Below are positions 28,341 through 38,573 of a stretch of 64,000 nt of DNA, in pieces. Location of the stretch: sequence record PZ445449.1. The stretch is one strand, 5' to 3'. The number at the start of each line of letters is the position of its first letter. The first letter of the stretch is position 1. The notes beneath the pieces are model-generated. The model saw nothing but the letters and a program-made list of their open reading frames with translations. It made no database searches and was not told the origin of the DNA. Source of the DNA: a phage. The translations under genes were made by a program, and so were the position numbers.

Positions 28341-29710
28341 TGGAAAAAGGGCAGTATGATGTAGGCACAGATGCTGCCCTTGTTGCAATCATGAGCGGTG
28401 AGAATGTCTTCGTTTCAGGACCTGCAGGTTGTGGGAAGACGTATCTCATCAACATGATCCAGTCAATGTATGGAGACTCTTGCATAACGGTTGCCCCGAC
28501 AGGGGTAGCCGCTTTAAACGTTAATGGAGCAACAGCACACCGAACCTTCGATCTTGCAGCAGGTGTGAGCATGGAGTCAGACTGGACCGCAATAAGGGCA
28601 AAAACAGCAAAGCCTTTGAAAAGCAAGGCATTTACCATCCTAATTATCGATGAAATCTCTATGATCCGTGCTGATAAGTTTATAGAGATGGATAGGAAAC
28701 TCCGCTTCCTTCGAAAAAATGACAAACCTTTCGGAGGCATACAGGTCATATTGTTTGGCGATTTTTACCAGGCACCTCCTGTTGTCTCTTCTATGGAGAA
28801 GGAAGCCTACTTCAACTTCTACCATACGGACCTGTGTTGCTATACCGAATCTTGGAAAGAGCTTGACCTCCACAACATAGCCCTAATAGATCAGTTCCGA
28901 CAGGAGTCTATTCGATTTGCTACAATGCTCAACTGTGTTCGTGAGGGTCGTCGCATAAAAGAGGTTGTAGCAGAACTTAATGCTCGCTGTTACAAAGGAG
29001 GTGTACCAACAGACGCTCTCACAATTTGCGCCACCAACAAACAAGCAGAGGAAGTGAACAGAAGGTTCTATGATGCCATCAACGCCCCAGAGAAGGTATA
29101 CACTGGTGAAATGAAGGGTAAGTTTCCCTCCACCCTACCAGTTGAGCAGGAGATGAAGTTGAAAATTGGCATGAAAGTTATGATAACCGCCAACGATGTT
29201 GACCCGACGCACAAAGTACCTTATTATGTTAACGGAACACGTGCTACAATTGTTAAATTTAAGAACAAGGCGGTGGTGGTAGAGCTTGAAGATGGAACAC
29301 AGGTTGACATAGAGCAGAGGTTGTGGGAGAATAACGAGTATAAGCCATCTCAGAGATACAACATTGCAGAAAGGAAGATGGAGAAGTTTATAGAGAGGGT
29401 AGTGATTGGGTCATACAAGCAACTTCCTCTGAAATCTGGGTACGCCGTAACATCTCATAAAAGTCAAGGACTTACACTAGATTGTTACAACCTAGACCTT
29501 GGAAAGAACGGAGCTTTCTCTCCTGGGATGACGTATGTCGCTTTGAGTAGAGTTAAGACAATACAAGGAATAAACTTGTTGCGTCCACTAAGAGAGGTTG
29601 ACATTATTGTTGACCCGCGAGTCGTAGAGTTTTACAATACAACATTCCCTGACTTAGACAAAATTGTCAGGAAAGATTTTGAAACCAGAGCAGAAGAGGG
29701 GGACGTATGA
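28340..29710 (+). CDS. PIF1/Dda-like SF1B DNA helicase
   Basis: 456 aa; Walker A GPAGCGKT, TVAPTGVAA...TAHRTF, Walker B IIDEISM, C-terminal VTSHKSQGLT...TYVALSR. Confidence 0.8.
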   Translation: MEKGQYDVGTDAALVAIMSGENVFVSGPAGCGKTYLINMIQSMYGDSCITVAPTGVAALNVNGATAHRTFDLAAGVSMESDWTAIRAKTAKPLKSKAFTILIIDEISMIRADKFIEMDRKLRFLRKNDKPFGGIQVILFGDFYQAPPVVSSMEKEAYFNFYHTDLCCYTESWKELDLHNIALIDQFRQESIRFATMLNCVREGRRIKEVVAELNARCYKGGVPTDALTICATNKQAEEVNRRFYDAINAPEKVYTGEMKGKFPSTLPVEQEMKLKIGMKVMITANDVDPTHKVPYYVNGTRATIVKFKNKAVVVELEDGTQVDIEQRLWENNEYKPSQRYNIAERKMEKFIERVVIGSYKQLPLKSGYAVTSHKSQGLTLDCYNLDLGKNGAFSPGMTYVALSRVKTIQGINLLRPLREVDIIVDPRVVEFYNTTFPDLDKIVRKDFETRAEEGDV

Positions 29711-30048
29711 GTTTGTGGAGAAATATCGTTAACTACGTGTGCGGCAATCCAACTCCTGAAGAGAAGGATGTTGTGATTCACGATTTTACTAAAAGATCTC
29801 GTGAAAAAGATCTACTGCTAACAAAGGTGACTGATAAAGATCCTGCAGTAGGGGACTGGGCAGGTTTTGCGTTTACATCGGACAAATACACCTTTAACAA
29901 AGGTGACTACCTTGTTGTGGATTTTAACGAAGACATTGAGGGTGCTGAACCTTACTATCAAACCCTTATTGTTGCAGGGTGTGTTGATCTCTCTGCAGGC
30001 ATGCACAGTTTGATTCTTTTTGAGCTTGACTCTGAAGACCTTGAGTAG
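29707..30048 (+). CDS. hypothetical protein
   Basis: 113-aa ORF overlapping upstream stop. Confidence 0.45.
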   Translation: MSLWRNIVNYVCGNPTPEEKDVVIHDFTKRSREKDLLLTKVTDKDPAVGDWAGFAFTSDKYTFNKGDYLVVDFNEDIEGAEPYYQTLIVAGCVDLSAGMHSLILFELDSEDLE

Positions 30049-30108
30049 TAAGATGTGAGTATAAAGGGGAGGCACTCCTCCCCACAAAAACTAAGGAAGC
30101 ACTAAACG

Positions 30109-30411
30109 ATGAAACGTTATAAACCATACACTTTTGAAATCGATTTCGAACTTGACGATATGTTTACTGTGGAAGCTCAGGCAGTTGTCCAGTTGCCAGA
30201 CTCGGAGTGCCGTGACTCTGATGTTGACTATTACGGGTTTAGACAAATTACCGATGTGCGTGTTTACCACAACGGTGAAGAGGTGGACTTCCACCAACTG
30301 CCAAACGATATGCGCCACTCAATTTACAAACGTGCAGCCCGTGAACTAGAGTCCTATCTGGATGCAGCGACGACAGCAGCTGCATTTGCTGAAGAAGTGG
30401 GAGGTTTCTGA
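30109..30411 (+). CDS. hypothetical protein
   Basis: 100 aa; preceded by hairpin GGGGAGG-cac-TCCTCCCC and AAGGAAG RBS. Confidence 0.5.
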   Translation: MKRYKPYTFEIDFELDDMFTVEAQAVVQLPDSECRDSDVDYYGFRQITDVRVYHNGEEVDFHQLPNDMRHSIYKRAARELESYLDAATTAAAFAEEVGGF

Positions 30412-30806
30412 TGATTACAGGTGTGAAGATTATCCAATACCACTTAACCAAATTGGAAGATGCTGAAAAAGAGCTTGCAGAAGTTCTGAATAGTGGATAT
30501 ACTTTGCTATCATGCGCCTGCTCAGACACATACGCTGTGTGGACACTTATCCGGAAGGAAGAGCCTGCGGGGATCTTGGTGCCAAACCCTAAGATCATTA
30601 GTGAGGTGGATGACTACGCTCAGGACGGCCTGCCAGAAGGCTGGGAAGTATGGGAAGGTGGTGAAAACCCTGCACCAGGTAAGTGGGTAAAATACAAACT
30701 GCGTAGTGGCGCACAGTACGCTGACTATTCTGATGACCTGGACTGGAGTCATTCTTCACCAGAATCATCTGCAAGTTCCTATGATATCATAGCTTTTAAG
30801 GAATAA
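30411..30806 (+). CDS. hypothetical protein
   Basis: 131 aa; ATG overlaps upstream stop. Confidence 0.5.
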   Translation: MITGVKIIQYHLTKLEDAEKELAEVLNSGYTLLSCACSDTYAVWTLIRKEEPAGILVPNPKIISEVDDYAQDGLPEGWEVWEGGENPAPGKWVKYKLRSGAQYADYSDDLDWSHSSPESSASSYDIIAFKE

Positions 30807-30818
30807 GGAGAAGGTGGT

Positions 30819-31301
30819 ATGTCAGATTTTATGTGGAAAGTTGGTTATTCCTCCCCTGAAATGTGTAAGGCCTGTTTTGTGAAAATAGGTCGCGAGGATA
30901 TCGACAAAGTGATTCTTAAGTTTCGTGATGTGGCTGTAATCGGCAACCGAGTGCTTAAGCACTTAAAGAATCTGAAGCTCACCAAAAAGAAGTTCTTTGG
31001 ACTTTTCGAAGAGAAGGTTGATGCTTGGACCCATTGCATTCAGGAAGCTAAATCTCACTACAGTGCTATCATTACCCCAGAACGGGTAGCCAAGATGGAA
31101 GGATTCATCAACAGCACAGAGTTTGAGTGCCTGAAAGCTGCACTTGATAGTTATCCGAAATGCCTCAAGCACTTGGACAAGTATGTAGAAAAGGATGGGG
31201 AAATGTACCTAACCCTGGACGCATATTATGAGATGCAAGAAATTTTAAATTTAGATTTGACATTGGTATCCACCGAGTATACAATAGGTATCCGGGTTTA
31301 A
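30819..31301 (+). CDS. hypothetical protein
   Basis: 160 aa; GGAGAAGG RBS. Confidence 0.5.
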   Translation: MSDFMWKVGYSSPEMCKACFVKIGREDIDKVILKFRDVAVIGNRVLKHLKNLKLTKKKFFGLFEEKVDAWTHCIQEAKSHYSAIITPERVAKMEGFINSTEFECLKAALDSYPKCLKHLDKYVEKDGEMYLTLDAYYEMQEILNLDLTLVSTEYTIGIRV

Positions 31302-31306
31302 CACTA

Positions 31307-31335
31307 GGCCCTGCCCGAAAGGGTGGGGCTTTTTG
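31307..31335 (+). terminator. intrinsic terminator with GAAA tetraloop (copy 1 of 2)
   Basis: GCCCTGCCC-gaaa-GGGTGGGGC followed by TTTTT; same element recurs at 43531-43560. Confidence 0.6.
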
Positions 31336-31352
31336 CATTAGGAGACAGCAAA

Positions 31353-32114
31353 TTGAAATTCATCTACAAAGAACACTACCACAAAGGTGTTGTGTGGAGT
31401 CTATTTGACGGGTCTGGTGGTGCAGTTATTGACTGGGCGAAAGCTGGGTACCTGTGCCTGTGCTTTAATGCAGAAGGTGCTGACCACGGCAGTTATGCAG
31501 AGGTGATAACCGATCATCCTAACATTCACTATGTGGATTATTGGATTGACCCATGGTTCCCTCAGGAAACTTTTTGCATGTATCCAGCTCCAGACTTTAT
31601 TCTTGCATTTCCTCCGTGCACGCATTTAGCGGTATCAGGTGCTGCACATTTTAAGAAAAAGCTGGCTAAGGATCCTTTGATCCAAATTAATGCTGTAAAG
31701 GATGCTCGGGTTGCGGAAGAGTTGGGAGAGATTTACGATTGCCCGTGGCATGTAGAGAATCCTGTAGGGGTTATGTCCACACTGTGGCGAAAACCTGATT
31801 ACCGTTTTCATCCTTCGGATTATGGTGGGTATTTACCGGAGGATGATGTAAACCCCTGGTTTCCTGAATTTATAGCTCCACGTGATGCCTATCCAAAAAT
31901 AACTTGCGGCTGGATAGGCAATGGATTTATAATCCCGGCCACAAAACCTGTCCCGCAAATAGTTGACGCGGTTAGCGGGTATTCCATGCAACACGCCAAG
32001 CTGGGTGGAAAGAGTGCAAGAACGAAGATGATTCGAAGCCTCACACCACGTGGCTGGGCAAAAGCCGTATTCTTAGCAAACGAGCCTGCAGTAAGGAGAA
32101 GGTCCAATGGTTGA
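31353..32114 (+). CDS. DNA (cytosine-5)-methyltransferase-like protein
   Basis: Motifs in order LFDGSGG (motif I-like), AFPPCTHLAVSGA (PC catalytic motif IV-like), HVENPVG (ENV motif VI-like); start assigned to TTG 31353 after AGGAGA, uncertain. Confidence 0.45.
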   Translation: MKFIYKEHYHKGVVWSLFDGSGGAVIDWAKAGYLCLCFNAEGADHGSYAEVITDHPNIHYVDYWIDPWFPQETFCMYPAPDFILAFPPCTHLAVSGAAHFKKKLAKDPLIQINAVKDARVAEELGEIYDCPWHVENPVGVMSTLWRKPDYRFHPSDYGGYLPEDDVNPWFPEFIAPRDAYPKITCGWIGNGFIIPATKPVPQIVDAVSGYSMQHAKLGGKSARTKMIRSLTPRGWAKAVFLANEPAVRRRSNG

Positions 32115-32778
32115 CTGGAGCAAGTATTTCACCTATCGCGACGGCAAACTGTTCTGGGCGTATACCGCAAAAGCCGGAAGGGGCAGGATCATACATTACG
32201 CAGGTGAGGAGGCCACAGGCACAGATAAAGATGGCTATAGAGTAATAAATGTGTCAGGTGTTGGGAGTGTTCGTAGGCATAGAATAATTTGGGAGATGCA
32301 TTACGGAGAGATACCTGAAGGTCTTGTTGTGCGGCACAAGAACGACATGGCAGGGGATGATAGGATAGAGAACTTAGTCCTAGGGACACAGGGTGATAAT
32401 GCACGAGACATGATCTACAGTGACAAGCTGAACATTAATAATACCTCAGGGTATCGTGGCGTGCGCTATCATAGAGGTATAAAAAGATGGACTGCATCTG
32501 CTGGAGACATATACTTAGGGTGTTTTAAGACAAAAGAGGATGCAATTGCATGCAGAAAGTTATGGGAGAAGGGAAAATTCGTCCCGCAAGAATTAGATGT
32601 TAGAAACACTAGCGGTGTGACAGGGGTGTTCTATGTGCCGAGCTCTGGAAGGTGGAGAGTCCGAGTGCAAAGCGGCAAAAAGAGAAAGAGCTATGGCACT
32701 TACAACACTTTAGAAGAAGCAAAAGCTGTAAGGGATAAAGTGATGAAAGATATTGAGGAGTTTAAAGATGGGGAATAA
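32107..32778 (+). CDS. HNH homing endonuclease with AP2-type DNA-binding repeats
   Basis: 223 aa; HNH_3-type segment HRIIWEMHYGEIPEGLVVRHKNDMAGDDRIENL; two SGYRGV / SGVTGV ... W AP2-like repeats. Confidence 0.7.
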   Translation: MVDWSKYFTYRDGKLFWAYTAKAGRGRIIHYAGEEATGTDKDGYRVINVSGVGSVRRHRIIWEMHYGEIPEGLVVRHKNDMAGDDRIENLVLGTQGDNARDMIYSDKLNINNTSGYRGVRYHRGIKRWTASAGDIYLGCFKTKEDAIACRKLWEKGKFVPQELDVRNTSGVTGVFYVPSSGRWRVRVQSGKKRKSYGTYNTLEEAKAVRDKVMKDIEEFKDGE

Positions 32779-34846
32779 GTTTATACCCTCTGCATATAAC
32801 CGCTATGGAGAACCTAACCCAGTTGCAACAAGATACAAAAGCGGAGGTAGTATGAAACGAGACTATCGAGATGAAAAAGAGGTTGAAACCGTAGAGACCG
32901 TTTTAGAAAATACTAAAATTGTCCCTGTCCCACAACAAAATATCGGTCTAATGGCTGCACAATATTTTGGTGTGCGATCAGCATTGTCCCAAGAAGATGG
33001 TGTGACAGTGACTGCAACATATTTCCCATATTACGACCGCTACGGAAATCTGTCCGGTTTCAAAAAGCGTGATTGGTCTAAGCCAAAAGAGCAGAAAGGG
33101 CACTGGTCTGTGGTAGGCATAGTAAAGGCTAACTCCCAGATGTTTGGTCAAAAGCTGTGTGCATCTTCCAACAACCGTAAGCAGATTAACGTTTGTGAGG
33201 GAGAAGGTGATGTTATTGCAGCATGGCAGGCTGCATATCAGATACAAGTAAAAGGGATTCTCACCAACGCTAAAGCCCCGGCAAAGGTGAAGCAGTGGGC
33301 TAAAGAGGTCCAGGACGGAATCGATGCAGTTATCAACGGTGGTGATCTGGCAGGAAAACCCTGCCTGCCTTTTGTTGGAATTAACTGTGGATGTGCAAAC
33401 GCAGTAGATACTTTTGCAAACAATGAGAAGTTTATCCGTAGCTATGGAACAGTTGTGCTGGCAATGGATAACGATGCAGCTAACGAGGTAGAGAAGCAAA
33501 AACACGTCATTAAAGGTGTTGAGGCCACGCACAATATCGCAGCATTTTTGATGGCTGATAACGTTTACCACGTAGAATACCCTGGTGAAGTAAATGACCC
33601 TGACGGTGTAAAAGATATCCGAGACATGCTGAAGGCTAAAAAGCTGGAAGATATTGTCAACATGTTCCGGCACCCTGTTAAATATGTGCCTGATGCTGTG
33701 TCGGATTTAGAAGACTTCTCTATCGAGTCTTTGCGGAAAAAGACTTCCAACGGGGTAGATATCAGTGCAGAGTTCCCAAAACTGCAAAAAATGCTAAAAG
33801 GCTTGCACAAAGGGACACTTGTAATGCTTACAGGTCCATCAGGCGGCGGTAAAACAACCGTGGCTAAAAAACTGGAACACTGTATTGCAAGATACCTAAT
33901 GGACCCGACATGCCCGAAGGCCGATGACTATGAAGAGGATGATCGTCTATGCATGATCCATCTTGAGGAGGATCCAGAGGAAGCAATTAACTCCTTGTAT
34001 GCAAACCAGTTAGGGTTTGATGTTAAAGAGTTTGTTGAAGATCCTAGCCAGTTTTTAACTGATCAAGAACACGCAGAGATTCACCAATCATGGGCAAAAG
34101 CTGGAAAAATCAAAGTGTTCAAACATTTCGGGTCTATTCCGGTGGACGAGTTGATTACCAAGCTTAAGCAAATGGTTTGCCTGTACCATTGTCGTTATAT
34201 TGTGCTGGATCACCTGTCCATGGTAATTTCAGGGCTTAATGTTAAGGATGAGCGAAAAGAACTGGACATGGCTATGACCCAACTGGCTGCGTTTTGTAAG
34301 CAGTTTAACGTGTTTATCTTGGTGATCGCTCACCTCAAACGTACAGAGATTGTGCCCCCTAAGGACAAGGATGGTAACCCATTACCTTTCTGGTATCCTG
34401 TGCGAAAAGAGAATTTGCGAGGATCGGCTGGGCTTGAACAGTTGAGTTGGGTAGTCATAGGTGTCGAGGCCGAAGAAATGGTGGATCGTTCTCGTGGACG
34501 TGTCCGTCTGGTAGGTCTTAAAAACCGTCCAGCAAAAACTTTAGGTATTGCTGACACTTTAGTTATGGATCCGCATACAGGTAAGTTCCACGATGCCAGT
34601 AATTGGTACTGGGACAAAGAAATGCAGATGTTCACAGACGGAGAAGGTGGGGAGGTTGTTTGGAGACCTCAGGCTATGTTTGAGGATCAGGAGCATGCAG
34701 TTGTAGAAACACCTATGGGCAAGGTTGTGGCTGATAAGGTTGTAACACCCACTGTCAAGCCTATTGACACGCAGGAAGACCTCCAATACGATGATCCATC
34801 CTCTGATCCGGTCCCTGGTTTTGAGGATGATGAAACACCTTTTTAA
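32768..34846 (+). CDS. bifunctional DNA primase-helicase (T7 gp4-like)
   Basis: TOPRIM-like VCEGEGDVIAAW in N-terminal half; DnaB-family Walker A LTGPSGGGKTT and H4-like region in C-terminal half; ATG 32768 with AGGAG RBS. Confidence 0.75.
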   Translation: MGNKFIPSAYNRYGEPNPVATRYKSGGSMKRDYRDEKEVETVETVLENTKIVPVPQQNIGLMAAQYFGVRSALSQEDGVTVTATYFPYYDRYGNLSGFKKRDWSKPKEQKGHWSVVGIVKANSQMFGQKLCASSNNRKQINVCEGEGDVIAAWQAAYQIQVKGILTNAKAPAKVKQWAKEVQDGIDAVINGGDLAGKPCLPFVGINCGCANAVDTFANNEKFIRSYGTVVLAMDNDAANEVEKQKHVIKGVEATHNIAAFLMADNVYHVEYPGEVNDPDGVKDIRDMLKAKKLEDIVNMFRHPVKYVPDAVSDLEDFSIESLRKKTSNGVDISAEFPKLQKMLKGLHKGTLVMLTGPSGGGKTTVAKKLEHCIARYLMDPTCPKADDYEEDDRLCMIHLEEDPEEAINSLYANQLGFDVKEFVEDPSQFLTDQEHAEIHQSWAKAGKIKVFKHFGSIPVDELITKLKQMVCLYHCRYIVLDHLSMVISGLNVKDERKELDMAMTQLAAFCKQFNVFILVIAHLKRTEIVPPKDKDGNPLPFWYPVRKENLRGSAGLEQLSWVVIGVEAEEMVDRSRGRVRLVGLKNRPAKTLGIADTLVMDPHTGKFHDASNWYWDKEMQMFTDGEGGEVVWRPQAMFEDQEHAVVETPMGKVVADKVVTPTVKPIDTQEDLQYDDPSSDPVPGFEDDETPF

Positions 34847-34904
34847 TGTTTAACAAAGAGTGGGAGGGGTAGTACAACCGCCTCCCCTTTAAGGAGAACT
34901 GTAT

Positions 34905-37328
34905 ATGAGCATGTGGTCGTTCGATTTTGAGTCATCCGGTTTGCTGGAAGACCCAGATCTTTATTATCACTGCGGTCTGTTTAAAGAGCTGAATAAGAAC
35001 CGTTTTATGCTGTTCCTTCCTCTAAATGACCGCACACACTACTCCGAGGAGGATATAGAAAAGGCTAAGAACTTCATTCTGGCAAAGAAAACTCTTTATA
35101 AAGATTTTGAAGTTCGCATAGCAGATTTTTCGGAGTTGGAAGGTTGGCTTACAGGCAATTCTGACTGGTCACCAACAGCTTTGAACTGCCATAACTGCTA
35201 CAGTTATGACTTTATGCTGATGGAAAGATTATCCGGTATTCATTTTGATATGTTCCGTGATCCTAAATGCATGGGAACTATCAACGACCACCAGGTTAAC
35301 CTGTTTGATACGTTGGCGATGAGCCGAATCTTGTGGCCTGATCGCCCTTTACCAAAAGGTTGTCCGGACTCTGTATTCAACCCGGTTACTAAGAAAATGC
35401 AGCCTGTTGGTCCTCACGGCCTTATGGCATGGGGCTACGCCCTTGGTAACCAGAAAGTTCAAATTGATGACTGGCGCGATCTTCCGTTGTGGAAGTATGT
35501 GGATCGTGTATTCGAGGACGTTATCATCCAGGAGCTGCTCTGGAAAGAGCTGGTAGCGGAATCAAAAGGTGTATTCTACGGCAAATCTGACATGCAGAAC
35601 TTTATGTACGATCCAGCCAAAGAGAAGCCGAAAGGGTTCAAGAAAATCACCTGGAAGAACGCATTACGCCGAGGCATGCTGCAGCACTTCCTGATGGAGC
35701 TGCAGGCCCGTCAGGGTGTGTATTTCGACATAGATGGGGCTATTGCTTTACGTGACCGTTGCGATGCGTGGATGAAAGAGATCGCTGATCGTGTTGAACC
35801 TCAACTTCCTTTAAAAGAGTTGTCAATGTCTCAGCGGCCAAAGTTCCCTGAAAAGCCGTTTAACCAAGATGGGACAATCTCCAATAATGGTTGGAAATGG
35901 TTAAAAGATAAGCTTGGCTATCCTGTAGACATGAGCGCTTTAGAATTCAAAGCCCCGCCTAAGCGAGCATTTACCTCCACAGGAGATGTCAGCAAGATGG
36001 GGATAAAATGGTGTGAAGAGATGGGCTGCAAAGACCCAGACAAGATGGCTGATTTCTTGAGAGGTTATATTAAGGGCACCTCCACACCACAACCTTTACC
36101 TAAAGAGCTGATGGATCAGGCAATAAGTGATCTGCAGCAGAAGCGAATGCCTGACTGCAAGATACCTATGAAAATCAGCAATCAGGACGACATTAAGCGA
36201 TACCTGATCAGTGCTGGTTGGCTTCCGACAATGTGGAGAACTAAGGATGTAACTAAGGACAGCAAGAAGAAAGCTCTACCTGATGCAGATGTTGATGCAC
36301 GAGTATATGCATACATGGACGAGCTTTTAGAGTCAGAGTATTGTGACCTAATTATCAACTTCTGGAACAAAACTGATGCTAAGTTTCAGACAACAGTGCA
36401 CAAGTTCCGAAGCTTTCCTAACTCCGAAAGGATTAAAAAGGAAGTGTTCGGGAAAATACGCAGAAAAGCCAGGGCACTTATTACTTCTCCGCAACTGAAA
36501 GATACGTTTGGACACCTATGTCCGAATCTTGAAAAATTGAACGGAGAGATGGCTAAAGATATCGTCTTGTGGTTATCATTGCGAAACCGCAGATCGGTCC
36601 TTGATCCAATCAAGGAGGATAAGGTTGATACTGGTCTTCTTAATCACCCACGTTTGAAGATTGACCATAAGCTTCCTGCTAAAAGCTCTGGATTAACAAA
36701 CACTTCCCGACAGAAACACAGTATTTGTGCAAACATGCCTAAACCATCTCCTAAAGTGGTTATGGGTAAAGAGATGCGTAGCTTGTGGGGTGTTCCTCCT
36801 GGATACTTTGAGATCGGTATTGACGGGTCCAACTTAGAGCAGCTTATCGGGGCTTGGGGTGCCTTTGAGTTCGACAACGGCTTGTACTATGATGTTGTAA
36901 GTAACGGGGACGCACACCAAAACAATGCTGAGGCATATACAAAAGTAGCAGGCAGAGAGGTGTCTCGTAACGACGGTAAACCTATCACGTATGGGGTTAT
37001 GTACGGGGCACAAAAAGATAAAGTTGCAGATATGCTGGATATCTCCCCAGAGTTGGGGCAAAGGGTGATCGATGCACTTTGGGATGCCAACCCCGGTCTT
37101 AAGGGGCGCAAAGAGGATCTGGAGAAATTCTGGGAAGCAACAGGTAAGAAGTTTATCTACTCTTTTGATGGTCATGCTATCTGGACCCGATCTAAACACT
37201 CTTTACTTAATGCATACCAACAAAATGGTGGTGCATCGCTGTGTGACTTAGTTGGGATACTCATGCACCACCAAATGGTGAAGCGTGGGTGGTACGATGA
37301 AGGTGTCCGTCGTATTATCTATTACCAT
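34905..37328 (+). CDS. DNA polymerase family A, exon 1 (exonuclease and polymerase motifs A and B)
   Basis: Exo I FDFESSG; motif A IDGSNLEQL; motif B KPITYGVMYGAQ; ORF ends ...RIIYYH then K-stop exactly where motif C (HDE) is expected. Confidence 0.75.
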
Positions 37329-38170
37329 AAATAACATTGTGGCTTCGTGCAGTGATGCACGTCGAAAACCTCTTTAATTGACGGGAAGGCTAAGTTGACT
37401 TTTACACCTAAACATGGTAAAAGCTCAATATGCTAATCCGCAGCGAAGACTAAAGGGGTGTAGTTAAAATGGCTAGATCAGCTGATTATCACGGATATAC
37501 CGTGTTTGATGATGGAACAATACCTTTATCGAAACGTGATCATACAACAATGTTTTGTTTTGATAATGGTCGAGGTTACCTTTGCGTAACCATGCTCATT
37601 GAGGGGAAGCAGTGCACAAAAGGTGTCCACCACTTGGTTGCTGAATGCTTTGTATCAAACCCTGATCCTGAAAAGCTCACATGGGTGAACCATAAGGACG
37701 GAAACAAGTACAACAATGCATACTGGAACCTTGAATGGACCACCCCTGGTGGAAATATCAAACACGCCTATGATAATGACCTCAGAGTAAGGCCAGTTGG
37801 TGAGTATAATGCCAACGCTGTGCTGACCGAGGATGAGGTAATGGAGATTTGTGAACTGTTGCAGAGTGGTCTACGACAATGGGAGATTAGGGATCTTGGG
37901 TATCCTTATGAGACGGTCAGAGCCATAAAGCAAAGAAGACAGTGGAAACATATCTCTAAAAACTACACCTGGTAGTAACGTTCAGAGACTATCGAAAGCA
38001 TAGCTCCAACATAGTTTGGTGTGAAGAAGCGAGTAGAGTAGGCCAGCAAGTGCGGTCGAAATGAGAGGTGCCTTGGTAACAAGGTAGTGAGATAGTCCGA
38101 TCCATACAGGAAACCGTATGGCTGTGCACGTAATGGTGCGGGGTAGCTTAACGACCTACCTGAACTATTG
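37329..38170 (+). mobile_element. candidate group I intron carrying an HNH homing endonuclease gene, inserted in the DNA polymerase gene
   Basis: 842-nt insertion between ...YYH (last exon-1 nt is T) and DEYQLQV...; last inserted nt is G; contains free-standing HNH ORF 37469-37975. Confidence 0.55.
37469..37975 (+). CDS. HNH homing endonuclease (insertion-encoded)
   Basis: 168 aa; HNH_3 motif VNHKDGNKYNNAYWNLEWTT; AAAGGGG RBS. Confidence 0.7.
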   Translation: MARSADYHGYTVFDDGTIPLSKRDHTTMFCFDNGRGYLCVTMLIEGKQCTKGVHHLVAECFVSNPDPEKLTWVNHKDGNKYNNAYWNLEWTTPGGNIKHAYDNDLRVRPVGEYNANAVLTEDEVMEICELLQSGLRQWEIRDLGYPYETVRAIKQRRQWKHISKNYTW

Positions 38171-38524
38171 GATGAGTACCAACTTCAAGTCCCTGACACG
38201 CCTAAGTATAAGACTGTGTACACCTTCGACACAATCGAAGAACTGGAAGCATTTAAGGCAGAGCAGGAGGCCAAACTTCATGTGTTCGACGGTCATAAGT
38301 ACAAAAAGGCACGCAAGGATGAGGACGGAAACGAAGTGGTTGACAGAGACGGAAACACGGTGTACGATCCTATCCTGAACGATGACGGAAAGCTTGAACT
38401 TATCTGGAGCCCTGTGGGTGAAATGGTGGTGCATTGCTTCTGGCAAGCTTCTAAAATGATGGGCGTCCCGTTCCAGATCACAGGTGAATACCTGTGTGGT
38501 CGTAATTGGGGTGATTGTCACTAA
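38171..38524 (+). CDS. DNA polymerase family A, exon 2 (motif C to C-terminus)
   Basis: Frame opens just upstream and reads DEYQLQV...; C-terminus ...GRNWGDCH resembles T7 DNA polymerase terminus ...GPNWAICH as recalled from memory. Confidence 0.6.
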   Translation, partial: DEYQLQVPDTPKYKTVYTFDTIEELEAFKAEQEAKLHVFDGHKYKKARKDEDGNEVVDRDGNTVYDPILNDDGKLELIWSPVGEMVVHCFWQASKMMGVPFQITGEYLCGRNWGDCH

Positions 38525-38573
38525 TGTAAACTATCAACACATGGAAGTGTTGTTGAGCAAAGAGGAGACTTTT

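Noticed and set aside
34905-38524. Polymerase simply encoded as two separate subunit genes with an unrelated gene between them
   Set aside because: The break falls inside the invariant motif C (H | DE) and the downstream frame has no start codon or RBS of its own; splicing is the simpler explanation, though unproven
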